A stretch of 38,586 nucleotides of DNA, taken from contig CAYXNK010000001.1 in the NCBI GenBank assembly GCA_964466395.1, forward strand, positions 4,696 to 43,281, given 5' to 3'. This document shows, one piece after another, positions 16,710 to 27,500 of the stretch; positions within the stretch are counted from its first letter, which is position 1; every line of letters starts with the position of its first letter. Below the pieces are notes generated by a model. That model made no database searches, had not been told where the DNA came from, and saw only the letters and a list, made by a program, of their open reading frames with translations. The stretch is from an uncultured Oscillospiraceae bacterium. GTDB taxonomy: Bacteria > Bacillota > Clostridia > Oscillospirales > Oscillospiraceae. The translations under genes were made by a program, and so were the position numbers.

Positions 16710-18105
16710 TACGATCAAACTCCTTTCGCACTTCGTCCTCACGGACGGTTTTAATTTTTTCTTTGATAATGCCGGAACGAATTGCTATGTCATCACACAA
16801 TCCTACCTCCTTCCGCAACTGATAAAATTGTTTTGACAGTCCGGAAATCTCCGTCTTAACTGCTTGGGTTTTATCTTCACTTGCACGTACATCCTTTGTT
16901 CTGAGCTTTTTATACAGAGCTTTTCGGTCGGCTGTAACGGTCTCTAACCGGGTTTCACAGCCGCTTTTATATAAAGAAAGCTGTTCTGCGGTATCAATGT
17001 GATACTTGCAGAGCAGCTTTACTTCATCAGAGATTGCATCCATTTTCGCCAAATCCTCACGCAATAGAAAATGGAGTCGTTTCCGATTTTGCAGTTGATT
17101 TTTCGGAAAAACGCCGAGCAGAAAACAATAGTGAAAATACAAAGCACGGAAACCAGTAATCTTCTTGGCTGTTTTCAGATTACCCTTTATGCCATATCGC
17201 TTGGTTTTTCGTTCCGGCTCCGGCATCGGTCTTTCCGGTCGTGCTTGCTTCAATATTCGCTTTCGGATCATTTCAATCGTATAATCCTCCCCGAAATTCC
17301 GGGCAAGACGCACAAAACGTTCTTTACCCGGAGGACGGACGGAAATATCTTTGCCTGTTTTAATGTCATAACCCTTACTTCGCAAATGACTGAAAAATTG
17401 TGTTTCAGTCATAGCGGCGCGGATAGCTTCGTCAACATCCTGCCGTATCAACCCGCGCCATGTGGGGCGCTGTTCCTGCTCGGCTCGCCATTCGCCGTAC
17501 TGCTTGGATTTACCGCGCGCCGGGTGTTCGATTACCGACAGATTATATTCCCTGCACAGAGCGTCGGATTCGGTCTGCATATCGTGATAATCTTTTGCGC
17601 TGCGGTAATACCGGATACCGTCAACAAAGGAAACCGTATTGACTACAAAATGATTATGCAGATGTTTTTTCTTATCAAGGTGCGTTGCAACGACAACCTG
17701 ATATTTTTCGCCCCACAGCTTATGAGCCAGCCGTACTCCGATTTCGTGCGCCTGCTCCGGCGTAACCTCGCCCTCGGCAAAGCTCTGATACCCGTGATAT
17801 GCCATAACGCCCTCATTCTTTCCAAAGCGTTTTTTGACGGCAAGCATTTCATCACGGGCGGTTGCGGGATAGCAGTTTACGCCGGAAACAAAGCCCTGCA
17901 TAACTGCGGCGTTTTCATCGTCGGTCTGTACGGTTTTATCGGCGTTCACGGCATATCTGATTACATCGGAAAGCCCCTGCGTTTCCCGGTCGGTCATGTC
18001 TTGCTTTTTGTAGAATTTCGGATTGTTGGTCTTATCGGGATTTTCTACATACACAACGACTTTACCAAGCCAGCCCTTTACGCTCCAGATTGATGTTGTA
18101 GCCAT
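16660..18105 (-). CDS. relaxase (MobA/VirD2-type relaxase/mobilisation nuclease)
   Basis: Histidine-triad region ATHLDKKKHLHNHFVVNTVSF. N-terminus MATTSIWSVKGWLGKVV. Lies directly downstream of MobC. Confidence 0.9.
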   Translation of the reverse strand: MATTSIWSVKGWLGKVVVYVENPDKTNNPKFYKKQDMTDRETQGLSDVIRYAVNADKTVQTDDENAAVMQGFVSGVNCYPATARDEMLAVKKRFGKNEGVMAYHGYQSFAEGEVTPEQAHEIGVRLAHKLWGEKYQVVVATHLDKKKHLHNHFVVNTVSFVDGIRYYRSAKDYHDMQTESDALCREYNLSVIEHPARGKSKQYGEWRAEQEQRPTWRGLIRQDVDEAIRAAMTETQFFSHLRSKGYDIKTGKDISVRPPGKERFVRLARNFGEDYTIEMIRKRILKQARPERPMPEPERKTKRYGIKGNLKTAKKITGFRALYFHYCFLLGVFPKNQLQNRKRLHFLLREDLAKMDAISDEVKLLCKYHIDTAEQLSLYKSGCETRLETVTADRKALYKKLRTKDVRASEDKTQAVKTEISGLSKQFYQLRKEVGLCDDIAIRSGIIKEKIKTVREDEVRKEFDRNEYIRRCSGTNRPYEP

Positions 18106-18111
18106 AAAAAT

Positions 18112-18441
18112 CTACCACCTTTTCGCAGGTACAATAACGGCTTCGGTTACATCGCATATCAATTTTTCTATGCGGCGGCAATTTTCATCATAACGCTTCA
18201 CATCTATGACATTTAACACATGAGCCTTCTGCGCAATCTGATTCAGATTATTTCCGACATTGTGCAATTCTCGAATGAAATTGAAATAATCGGGCAGCGG
18301 CGCTTCTCTTGGTATTTTTCCATCAATAAGATGACGCAGATAGGCTTCGCGGGATAAATTACTTTTCCTAACGCGCTTATTTAATGCATCCGCTTCTTTG
18401 TAATTCAGTCGTACCTTTATTTCAACAGTTCTGTTATTCAT
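18112..18441 (-). CDS. mobC: MobC-family relaxosome accessory protein (RHH)
   Basis: MNNRTVEIKVRLNYKEADALNKRV...YLRHLIDG...IRELHNVGNNLNQIAQKAH. GTGAGG lies upstream of ATG 18441. The track's N-terminal extension to 18618 crosses the oriT-like region. Confidence 0.8.
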   Translation of the reverse strand: MNNRTVEIKVRLNYKEADALNKRVRKSNLSREAYLRHLIDGKIPREAPLPDYFNFIRELHNVGNNLNQIAQKAHVLNVIDVKRYDENCRRIEKLICDVTEAVIVPAKRW

Positions 18442-18589
18442 ACAGATAACCTCACTTTCTAATTTTAGTAAGGGTTTCAGGGGATACCCCTGACAAGCTG
18501 TCTTTTGTCCCCAAAAGACGATGCTTGCTGGTATATGACATACCGTTCGCCGGGTGTCGAATATTTTTGATACCAGCCGAACAGAAAAA
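18442..18589 (-). promoter_or_regulatory. candidate oriT / relaxosome assembly region
   Basis: 148-bp non-coding gap upstream of mobC-relaxase. It contains perfect inverted repeats tcagggg-ata-cccctga (18477-18493) and gtctttt-gtcccc-aaaagac (18500-18519). Confidence 0.45.
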
Positions 18590-19126
18590 TCAACGTTCAT
18601 GCTCCTTTGCCTTTTCAAGAAGCGGTTTCACGCGGTCAAGTTCATCCTGCATCATATAACAGCGTTCAATCTTCCACCCGTTGTCATCACCGCGCTCGTT
18701 TGTCATATAGCTTTCCAGACGCACTCCGAAGTCACTCCCGTCAAGACAGGAAGCGTAGATGGAATAGCCGCCCATGCCCGGCTGAAACGCCTTGTTGTTG
18801 CTGGAAACACCATAGGTACGGGAATGCTCATCATATGGCTTATCAAAGCTGTCTACGGTAAAAACAATAAAGCCGGATAGATGAGTGTTTGCGTTAGCTC
18901 TTTCAATCTGACGAAATCGGTTGCACATTTCACTGTAAGACATATTGACAGCGGCAGGCGGTTCTTCGCATTCAAATATCACTTCTGTAAAGTCATCCGC
19001 GTCAAGAATATATTCGCTGTTGTTCCATTTGTCGGAAACAAGCTGTTTTGCTTCTTCAATGCTGTCGGCTTTAACGGTTACGGATTTTTTCAAGGTTTCT
19101 GAAATTGTAATTTCATATTCTTTCAT
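18590..19126 (-). CDS. DpnD/PcfM-like N-domain protein (178 aa)
   Basis: MKEYEITISETLKKSVTVKADSIEEAKQLVSDKWNNSEYILDADDF matches the DpnD/PcfM-like family from memory. The C-terminal domain is unassigned. ATGA overlap with the upstream gene. Confidence 0.5.
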   Translation of the reverse strand: MKEYEITISETLKKSVTVKADSIEEAKQLVSDKWNNSEYILDADDFTEVIFECEEPPAAVNMSYSEMCNRFRQIERANANTHLSGFIVFTVDSFDKPYDEHSRTYGVSSNNKAFQPGMGGYSIYASCLDGSDFGVRLESYMTNERGDDNGWKIERCYMMQDELDRVKPLLEKAKEHER

Positions 19127-20082
19127 CGCTCAAAATTCCTTTCTTTTGTTTTTATAATGGGTTTATTCAGCCTGATACAGAGCTGATCGTTGTAATCCTT
19201 GCCACGTTCCGGGAATGCAAGCCGGACATCGTATTTATCCGAAAGCACCGCTTTTATCATCTGTGCCGCGTTTCGTCCGGCAGCATCGTTATCAAGGCAA
19301 AGATGAATACTGCCAATGTTCGGATAATCTTCAAGATAACGGGTAAGAGCCAGCGGAACGGTACTGTCCCGTATTTCTCTCTTTGGCTTATACACACCCG
19401 CCAGAGAGAGAAAATGTCCGGCTTTCCATTCCATACCGTCAAGTTTTCGTTCGGTAGCAAAGGACAAAAGGTCGATTGCCGATTCAAACAGATACAGCGT
19501 ATCGCTGCTCTCTGCCGGAACGGAAAAGGAATAGTGCTTGTCGCTGCCCGTTGCTTCACCCTTGAAGTCGGAGCAGATGCCGCGCATATTCGCATAGCGT
19601 ACCTTTCCGGTTTTGTCCTTGCCGACGAATACGACATTGTGATAGGGATAGCTCTCATACATTCGTCCTGTGGAAATGCAAAACTGTATCAAGTCACTAT
19701 CAATTCCACGATGGGACAAATAATTAACAGCGTTAGTCGCGCTTCGGTTAACAAGCGGTAGCAGCACTTCCTTTGGCTTTTCTGTTAGATTCGGAGAAAC
19801 AAATACGGGTGACCTTTCAGCCACCCGTCCGGTTATCATTTCCACCGCTTCAATAAAGGTTTTCTCTTTCACCTTGATGAGGTAATCCAGCGCGGATTTA
19901 CCACCAATCCCATGTGAAAACCAGCACCATTTTCCGTTAGAAATCTTCAATGAATCATGCTCGCGGGTGCAATAGGTTGAACCGCCGAAATGCACCAGCT
20001 CCTGCGGCTCATAGTTTTGGAGATAGGTCAGCAAATCCATTTCTTTGGCTTTTTGCACCACCTCCGGCTCAATGTACGGCAT
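19123..20082 (-). CDS. DUF3991 + Toprim domain protein (primase/TraC-like)
   Basis: LKISNGKWCWFSHGIGGKSALDYL (DUF3991-like), then Toprim acidic motifs LYLFESAIDLLSF and LCLDNDAAGR. Confidence 0.8.
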   Translation of the reverse strand: MPYIEPEVVQKAKEMDLLTYLQNYEPQELVHFGGSTYCTREHDSLKISNGKWCWFSHGIGGKSALDYLIKVKEKTFIEAVEMITGRVAERSPVFVSPNLTEKPKEVLLPLVNRSATNAVNYLSHRGIDSDLIQFCISTGRMYESYPYHNVVFVGKDKTGKVRYANMRGICSDFKGEATGSDKHYSFSVPAESSDTLYLFESAIDLLSFATERKLDGMEWKAGHFLSLAGVYKPKREIRDSTVPLALTRYLEDYPNIGSIHLCLDNDAAGRNAAQMIKAVLSDKYDVRLAFPERGKDYNDQLCIRLNKPIIKTKERNFER

Positions 20083-20106
20083 AAAAATTCACCTTCGTTC
20101 TGAAAT

Positions 20107-20146
20107 AGAAAAAGCCGACTGATTTTCGAGATGAAAACCAATCGGC
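20107..20146 (-). terminator. Rho-independent terminator after the Fic cassette
   Basis: 13-bp stem with 2 mismatches (gccgattggtttt / aaaatcagtcggc on the minus strand), followed by TTTTTCTATTT. Confidence 0.55.
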
Positions 20147-20162
20147 AAATTTGTGTTGTGTT

Positions 20163-20411
20163 TTATTCGGTTATTTCATAATCCTCGCTGTCATCCGCTT
20201 CACCGGTCATACAAGAAAAGCACATATAGCTTCCGGATACAGCACTTCCGGCCGCCCAAATCGGACTGCCGCATATTGGACATTTTGCACCGTTTTGCTT
20301 TGCGGCTAATGCTTCCTTTAGAGAAGCCATCAGCTCTGTTTTTTTATACTCATTCGGATTAGCACGGATCGTTTTCTCTGCAAATTCCTTTATGCTGACG
20401 GGAATCATCAT
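20163..20411 (-). CDS. small zinc-ribbon protein with an acidic C-terminal tail (82 aa)
   Basis: CPICGS...CFSC, then GEADDSEDYEITE. Its ATG directly abuts the Fic stop codon (TAA-ATG). Confidence 0.55.
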   Translation of the reverse strand: MMIPVSIKEFAEKTIRANPNEYKKTELMASLKEALAAKQNGAKCPICGSPIWAAGSAVSGSYMCFSCMTGEADDSEDYEITE

Positions 20412-21164
20412 TTATCTCGACTCCTTATCTTTTTCTTTAGGCAATAGTGTAAGGTAATCTCTTAGTTGTTCCGCTTCAAGTTCCGCAATCATATCTGCAA
20501 AGGGTGTAAGATTTCCATTTACAGCATATTCCTCCAAGGCTTCAAAATAACTTAAACGGTTCTCCTTTACAATTGAAACAGGCAAAAAGCCGTTTATCAT
20601 CAGCTGATAATTCATAATCAGTCTGGAGGTTCTTCCGTTGCCATCCTCAAACGGGTGAATTTTTACAAACTCTGCATGGGTATAGGCGGCAAGCTCAATC
20701 GAGTTTATATCGTTATGATCGGAGAGATTGCCGAAAAAACTTTTAACCTGAACATACATATCAGTTGGAGCAGGCGGTCTGTGCTTTGCACCGGTAATAC
20801 GAACCTCACAATTACGGTAAACGCCGCCTGTAAAGATGTTTTCCATAAGAATCGCATGAATATCCTTCGTAATGCCCTCAGATAAAGGCTTCCCCTCGGA
20901 AATACACCGTTTAACATAAGCAAAGGCTTTGTTATGGTTGACTACCTCATAGATTTCACGCAAATTCTTGCCGCCGATTGATACATTGTCCTCTAAAACG
21001 GTCTTTGTTTCGATCAGTGTCAGGGTATTTCCCTCAATGGCAGTGGAATTGTGAGCATACTCAATATCAAAGCTTTTTTCAAAGCTTTCAAGTGCCGCCT
21101 TTGGAAGCTTGTCACGATATTTATTTAGCTGTTCATTCATTTGAACCAAAGATTTATAATCCAT
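20412..21164 (-). CDS. Fic-family protein (AMPylase-type) with an N-terminal inhibitory motif
   Basis: Canonical HPFEDGNGRTSRL. STAIEG near the N-terminus fits (S/T)xxxE(G/N). Confidence 0.9.
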   Translation of the reverse strand: MDYKSLVQMNEQLNKYRDKLPKAALESFEKSFDIEYAHNSTAIEGNTLTLIETKTVLEDNVSIGGKNLREIYEVVNHNKAFAYVKRCISEGKPLSEGITKDIHAILMENIFTGGVYRNCEVRITGAKHRPPAPTDMYVQVKSFFGNLSDHNDINSIELAAYTHAEFVKIHPFEDGNGRTSRLIMNYQLMINGFLPVSIVKENRLSYFEALEEYAVNGNLTPFADMIAELEAEQLRDYLTLLPKEKDKESR

Positions 21165-21177
21165 ATTATCATTCCTT

Positions 21178-21390
21178 TCAGGCTATCAGATCATGTATAT
21201 CTAATTTCAGTAAATCGCATATCATTACGCCCACATGGACTGAGGTAGCTGTCAAGCTGCGTTCTCCGCTTTCAAGCCGTTGATATTGCCGAAGCGTTAT
21301 TCCACATTTTTCTGCGACCTGTGACTGCGTTAATTCCATCTTTATCCGAGCTTGCTTTACCTTGTCATACGGAGATTTCATTTTATCCAT
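21178..21390 (-). CDS. XRE-family HTH regulator (70 aa)
   Basis: MELTQSQVAEKCGITLRQYQRLESGER. First gene of the Fic cassette. Confidence 0.8.
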   Translation of the reverse strand: MDKMKSPYDKVKQARIKMELTQSQVAEKCGITLRQYQRLESGERSLTATSVHVGVMICDLLKLDIHDLIA

Positions 21391-21428
21391 GTTTTACGCT
21401 CCCATCTTACCGTGATATTTGTGTTCAT

Positions 21429-21457
21429 ATTATACGACATATAGGTCGTATTGTCAA
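21429..21457 (-). promoter_or_regulatory. consensus sigma-A promoter with an embedded palindromic operator
   Basis: The minus strand reads TTGACA, 17 nt, TATAAT. The -35 is plus 21452-21457 and the -10 is plus 21429-21434. The spacer carries the inverted repeat atacgac-N6-gtcgtat (21432-21451). Confidence 0.7.
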
Positions 21458-21504
21458 TAGTGATAGCAGAGTTCAGAAAAATGTTGCAAGACAGCATTAC
21501 AGCT

Positions 21505-24500
21505 TTACCTTTCATATTCACGGCTTTTAGGCTTTTCTGGTACATCTTCCTCCGGCGTGCTGTCAATCACGGAACGGTCTTTTTCGTCCAGATTGAGCAA
21601 GGTGTTGAGCTGTTTCAGCCGTGCTGATTTTTCGGTAAGCTCTGCTTCTTTGGCAAAGGGAGCTTCCATTTCTGTCCTTGCGTTTTCAAGCTGCTTATTC
21701 GTATTATCCAGCTCCTCACGTATATTGGATAGCTTTTCGGGAAAGCTCCCCAGCATATTGTCAATACGCGTAAGGTTACCGTTTATATCCGCACCAAGCA
21801 CAACCGTATGAGAAAGTGTACCCTTGAGCGTGAGCCGATACTCATTTTTTGTGCTTTCATACGCCAGCACCATTGAAAAGCCGCGATACGCACCGAGCAT
21901 TACCGCATCAGAGCCTGTCATTTTGGTACAGGCGTCAATAATGGCTTTACCGGCGCTTTCTTTCTCTGTGTGCGTAACACCTTTAATCTCCATCGTCGGG
22001 AACACATCAGGCACCTTCGGGTACTGTTTTACAAGCTCTATATCCTGTTCGTAGCCCTTGGCGCGTCCCTCCATTAAACCGATATGCTCCGGATATTTGC
22101 GGTACACATATTCCTCCAGTGCGTACTTTTGATTAAGGTGATTGGCTTTGAGCATGTTCAGCTTGCCTACCTCCATATCCAGATTACATTTTTCAACAAT
22201 CATTGGATTACCGGAAGCAAGCGCCTTGATTTCCGCATAATTCAGAGCCGTTTCATCAATATCCTCGGCAGCACGCAGGGGTGTTTTGGAGGTCATAATC
22301 TGTGCTATGAATTTCTGTTTATTTTCTACAAGCTGATACAGATAGCTGTCAAAGGTTCCCTCGGTAACATAGCGGAAAATCTCAACCTCCGGGTTTTTGT
22401 TGCCCTGCCGGACAATTCTGCCGAGCCGCTGGGCAAGGTCACTCGGTCGCCAAGGGCAATCCAAATCATGGAGTGCAATCAGCCTGTCCTGACAGTTTGT
22501 ACCCGCACCCATTTTCTGTGTGCTGCCCATCAGAACACGAACCGCGCCGCTTCGCACCTTAGCAAACAATTCTTGTTTTCTGACTTCAGTGTTGGCATCA
22601 TGAATAAAGGCGATTTCTTCCTCCGAAATACCTCTTGCAATCAGCTTTTTCCGCAGATCGTCATAGACATTCTGAAAGCCCACTATAACAGATTCGCCGT
22701 CCTGCTCATTCATGTTAATAATGCCCTTTGGTGTTGACAGATCACAGAACACCAGCTGTGCGCTGCGATTTTCCTTTGACTGCTCCCATATCCGGTAGAC
22801 ATTGTTTGCACAGACGGAAACCTTGCTGTTTCCATCATCCGTAGCAAGCGGATTGATAAGCCGCACATCCAGTGCCAGCTTGCGCCCGTCGTTTGTAATT
22901 TTCAGCATATTGTCCACAGACGGGTCAACCAGCCTGTCGCGTACCGCCTGCGCGCGTTCCGCAAGTGCGGCAACCATTTCTTTCTGTAATGGGGATGGTG
23001 GAATAACCTCAACATGGAAGTTCGCTTTTGGCACGGGCAAGTGAAGCATATCAGCGGTCTGAATATCCGCAACCTGCTTAAAAACTGACATCAGCTCCGG
23101 CAGATTGTAGAATTTTGCAAACCTCGTTTTAGCTCGATACCCTGTGCCCTCCGGCGACATTTCAATAGCGGTCACGGTTTCACCAAAGGTCGCTGCCCAT
23201 TCATCAAAGTGCTGCAAGCCCATTTCCTGCAAGACACGGTACTGCAAATACCGCTGAATGGTATATAGCTCCACCATTGAATTGCTTATCGGTGTTCCAG
23301 TTGCAAAGATAGTACCCTTGCTGCCGGTGATTTCGTCAAGGTATTGACATTTCATAAACAGGTCACTTGATTTCTGTGCTTCGGTCTGAGCGATACCGCC
23401 GACATTGCGCATTTTCGTCATTAAAAACAGGTTCTTATAGTAATGACTCTCATCAATAAAAATACGGTCTATGCCGAGTTCCTCGAAGGTAACGACATCA
23501 TCCTTTCGGGTTTGGTCATTGAGCTTTGCCATTCGCACTTCCAATGCTTTTTTCGTTTTTTCAAGCTGCTTAACCGTATAACGCTCGGCATTGGCTTTTT
23601 TTGCTTCTTGTATTCCGAAAATAAGCTCCTGTATCTGTCGACGTATCATTTCCTCCTGCCGCTCTTTTGACATCGGTATTTTTTCAAATTGGCTGTGACC
23701 TATAATAACGGCATCGTATTCTCCGGTAGCAATTCGCGCACAGATTTTACGGCGGTTTTGCCGTTCAAAGTCCTTTTTCGTTGTGACAAGGATGTTGGCA
23801 GAGGGGTAAAGCTGTAAAAACTCTGCCGCCCATTGCCCGGTGATATGATTCGGCACGACAATCAACGATTTTGAGCACAATCCCAGCCGCTTCATTTCCA
23901 TTGCCGCAGCGGTCATCTCGTAGGTTTTGCCAGCCCCGACTTCGTGTGCAAGCAGCGTATTACCGCCGTACATCACATGGGCAATCGCGTCAATCTGGTG
24001 CTTGCGGAGCGTTATTTCGGGGTTCATTCCGCTGAAAACGATGTGACTGCCGTCATACTCACGGGGACGCACCGAATTAAAGGTTTCATTATAGATTTTG
24101 CAGAGCTTTTCGCGGCGGTCAATATCTTTCCATAACCACTCCACAAACTTCATTTTAATGATTTCCTGCCTGTCCTGTGCAATGGCAGTTTCTTTTTTGT
24201 TCAGCTCGCGTTTTTCATTGCCGTCCACAATTTTAGTATCAAAAATGCGTACATCCTTTAAATTCAATGTCTGTTCAAAGATATGATAGGCATTGATACG
24301 GTTTGTGCCATAGGTTGTGACCGCCTTGATATTGCCGTAATCAGAGCTTTTGTTTGTAACATTCCATTCGCCGGTGCATTTGGAATACAGGATATTCATA
24401 TTTCTTCTGCCGTTATTACCCGTTTCAAAGGTTTCGAACATAAACTGTCGGTAGATTTCGGGCGGTATCCATGTGGCACCGATACGCACGCTGATTTCTG

Positions 24501-27500
24501 CGGCAGTAAGGTCGACAGGCTGCACCGCTTCCATTGCTGCAATACTCGTCTGCAAGCGCTCTTTTTCTTCGGCTGGTAATACCTGCCCCAAAGCGTGAAG
24601 CATTTGCAGCTTGCGGCGAACGTTGCCGGACAGAAATTCATCTGCACTGACAAGCGGATAGTGCGTAAGCTCTTTTTGGATTTCGGAGATTTCCTCCGGG
24701 TTTACCGGACAGGACACATCACGGAAGATTGCGCCTGTAAGCTCATGTTCCAGTTCCACGGCGGTTTTGCCAGTAAGAGAGGACATATATTCCATATCAA
24801 CCTGCGCTTTTTCGGAAATGGAAAGTGCCAGTGCTTCGCTTGCAGTGTCAACGCTGGTGACGGGAATATGGGGCTTAATTGTACGCTTTGAAAACATATC
24901 TGCCTTGCGCTTAAAGTTACCTTCATCATCTAACACCTCAAGAGAGCAAAGTAGACAGTAGCTTGAATCCTCGGAAAATGCCAGACTGTTGCCACGGGTA
25001 AACAGGCGGTCATATTTCTTGACAAAGGCATCGTAAAGCGTGTTCAGCTCTGTTTGTGCTTTTTTAATTTCATCATCCGGGTAATTTTCGGTCTGGTACT
25101 CAATCAGCTTGCGCACGCAATCACGTAATGTAATCATCCCGCGAATACGGTTTTCACCGGTAACGGAAACACCTACCGGGTGCATACGGCTGTTTTCTCG
25201 GAAATACAGCTTGCCGTCTGAAACAGTGTAGCTGAAATTTCGCACGGCGGGATCTGCCGGAATCGACAAATCTTCTTCTGTGTCCGGTTCTTCGATTTCG
25301 TATTCGGTAATCTGTGCGTGGAGATTGGTAATGGCTTCTCGGAGCTGTTCGGACAGGTCGGAATCCTCATATGGCTTGCAGGTGCTTTCCATGCCGAACT
25401 GTGAGGTTTCCATGACCATTTCGCCCAGCACCATATCCGGATTCTGGACAAAATAGCTGTTCATCCTTATTGCGTTTTCATCGATGTCCAAATGCACCCA
25501 ATCCGGCTCTATATCCGTCATGCGGTCACGTTTTTGCAGAAAGATAATATCGCTGGTGACTTTTGTTCCGGCGTTGCGCTTGAAAGCGTTATTCGGTAAA
25601 CGGATGGCACCAATCAAATCGGCGCGCTGTGCAAGATACTTGCGCACGGAGGAATTTTCCTTGTCGAGCGTACCTTTGGAAGTGATGAAAGCGATAATAC
25701 CGCCCGGTCGCACCTTATCGAGCGTCTTGCCGAAAAAGTAATCGTGAATCAGCCAATGATTTTTATCATAGCGTTTATCAAGCACACGCTGGTCGGCAAA
25801 TGGAACATTGCCAATGGCAACATCAAAAAAGCTGTCCGGCATTTCCACTTTTTCAAAGCCGTTTACGGCAATATCGCTGTTTTGATAAAGCTGTGCGGCA
25901 ATTCTGCCCGAAATGCTGTCGATTTCAACACCATAGATTTTACCGTCCATTCCGTCCGGCTTCATACCGATAAAGTTACCGACACCGCAGGATGGCTCCA
26001 GAATGTTGCCGTTTTGAAAGCCCATCTGCGAAAGTGCCTGATACATTGCTCCGATAATCACCGGAGAAGTATAAAATGCGGTCAATGTACTTTCTCTCGC
26101 TGCGGTGTATTCGTCCTCATCAAGCAGGCTTTTCAGCTCCTGATAATGAGGATTGCGCTCGTCAAAGCAATCGGCAAGACCGCCCCAACCGACATAGTGT
26201 GATAATATCTCCTGTTCCTCCGGCGTTGCCAACCGTTCATTAGCTTCAATTTTCTTCAAGGTACGGATTGCCGCAACATTGGCGGCATATTTTTCACTCG
26301 GCGTACCGTTTCCAAGCTCATTATCACGGATATGAAAATCATGGCGTTGTTCCTTTGGAATTTCCGGATGAAGAGCGCGGAACAATACGCGCTCTCGCTT
26401 TTGCTTCAGCGGTGCCAGTACAGCAGACGGTTTCTTTTCCTCGGTCTTTTCAATGTACGGAGAATCAATGATTTCAAAGCCCTGCGGCGGCGGGTCAAGT
26501 GTAGCGGCAAAATCGGTCGGTATTGCCTCACCATCCGCGCCACGATAAACCACAATAGACATCGGAACGCCGTAATAATTCTGATTCTTGATCGTCGCGA
26601 TAAACTCGTCTGCGTTCGTAAATTCGTTACTTTCACCAACGGCTCCACCCGAACCAAGATAGTCAATTCTGCCGACAGGATAGGAGTTTACCGGAGCATC
26701 CTTATTTTTCGAGGTGTGAAATTCTGTCTGCCTGTCTGTAATTTCGCCATACGACAAGGCAACATCATAACCACGATCGTTCAGCATTTTGATATAGGTG
26801 TTAAGTCGATTTTCGGGAATACCGGTCATCCGTTGTTTTTCCGCCAGCCCCGGTATTTCACGGCGTGTAATCGTCAGTCCGAGTGCCTGCGCGACAATCC
26901 CTGCATCCTTGTCATAACATTCATAGAACGCGCCGACCGCGTTCAGGCAAAGTGCGTCGGGATGCTGCTGTTTAAGTGCTTGATAGCTTTGCCAGATGTC
27001 CGATACTGTTTCCTTGAATTTTTGCTTTTCAGCGGGTAATTCTTCCGGCTCGGCATCTTCCAAAGCGTCCAGTTTTTCAAGGAAAAGCTGCAAATCAACA
27101 GCTATGTCCTCGTCTGGATCGGTGTCGTCGAGATACTCTTGCAGCGTATCGCGCATATTTTTCCGTAGAACAGGATTATGAAGCTCCTGCTCCAGTTTAT
27201 CAAGAGCATTACCGTCATTATCTCCGATTTCCAGTTCATCCTTATAGCCGTAGGGGTCGTATTCCTCATAGAAGTGTAAAAGCTCCTGCGCAAGCCCAGA
27301 GGTGCTGCTTGATGCTTCTGTTTCGGCAGGTAATTCCTCAGATATTTCCGTAGCACTGGACACGCCGATTTCAGACAGCGGTTCAAGCGTATTGCCAAGA
27401 CCAAAAACGGAATAGGTGCCGTCCAAATAGGCGCGTATAACCTCTATGCCATGGTTCCGTCTGTCATAGTTTCTGTCATCCGGCTTGGTACTTTCCCATA

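Noticed and set aside
17071-18093. 340-aa plus-strand ORF antisense to the relaxase gene
   Set aside because: It is fully contained in, and antisense to, a gene with clear relaxase motifs. The translation is hydrophobic and low-information, with no RBS and no recognisable motif. It looks like a codon-bias shadow ORF.
22084-22737. 217-aa plus-strand ORF inside the helicase region of the giant gene; the same applies to 26332-27039 (235 aa) and 25744-26202
   Set aside because: These are antisense to strongly motif-supported coding sequence. Their translations have no motifs, and I saw no start signals.
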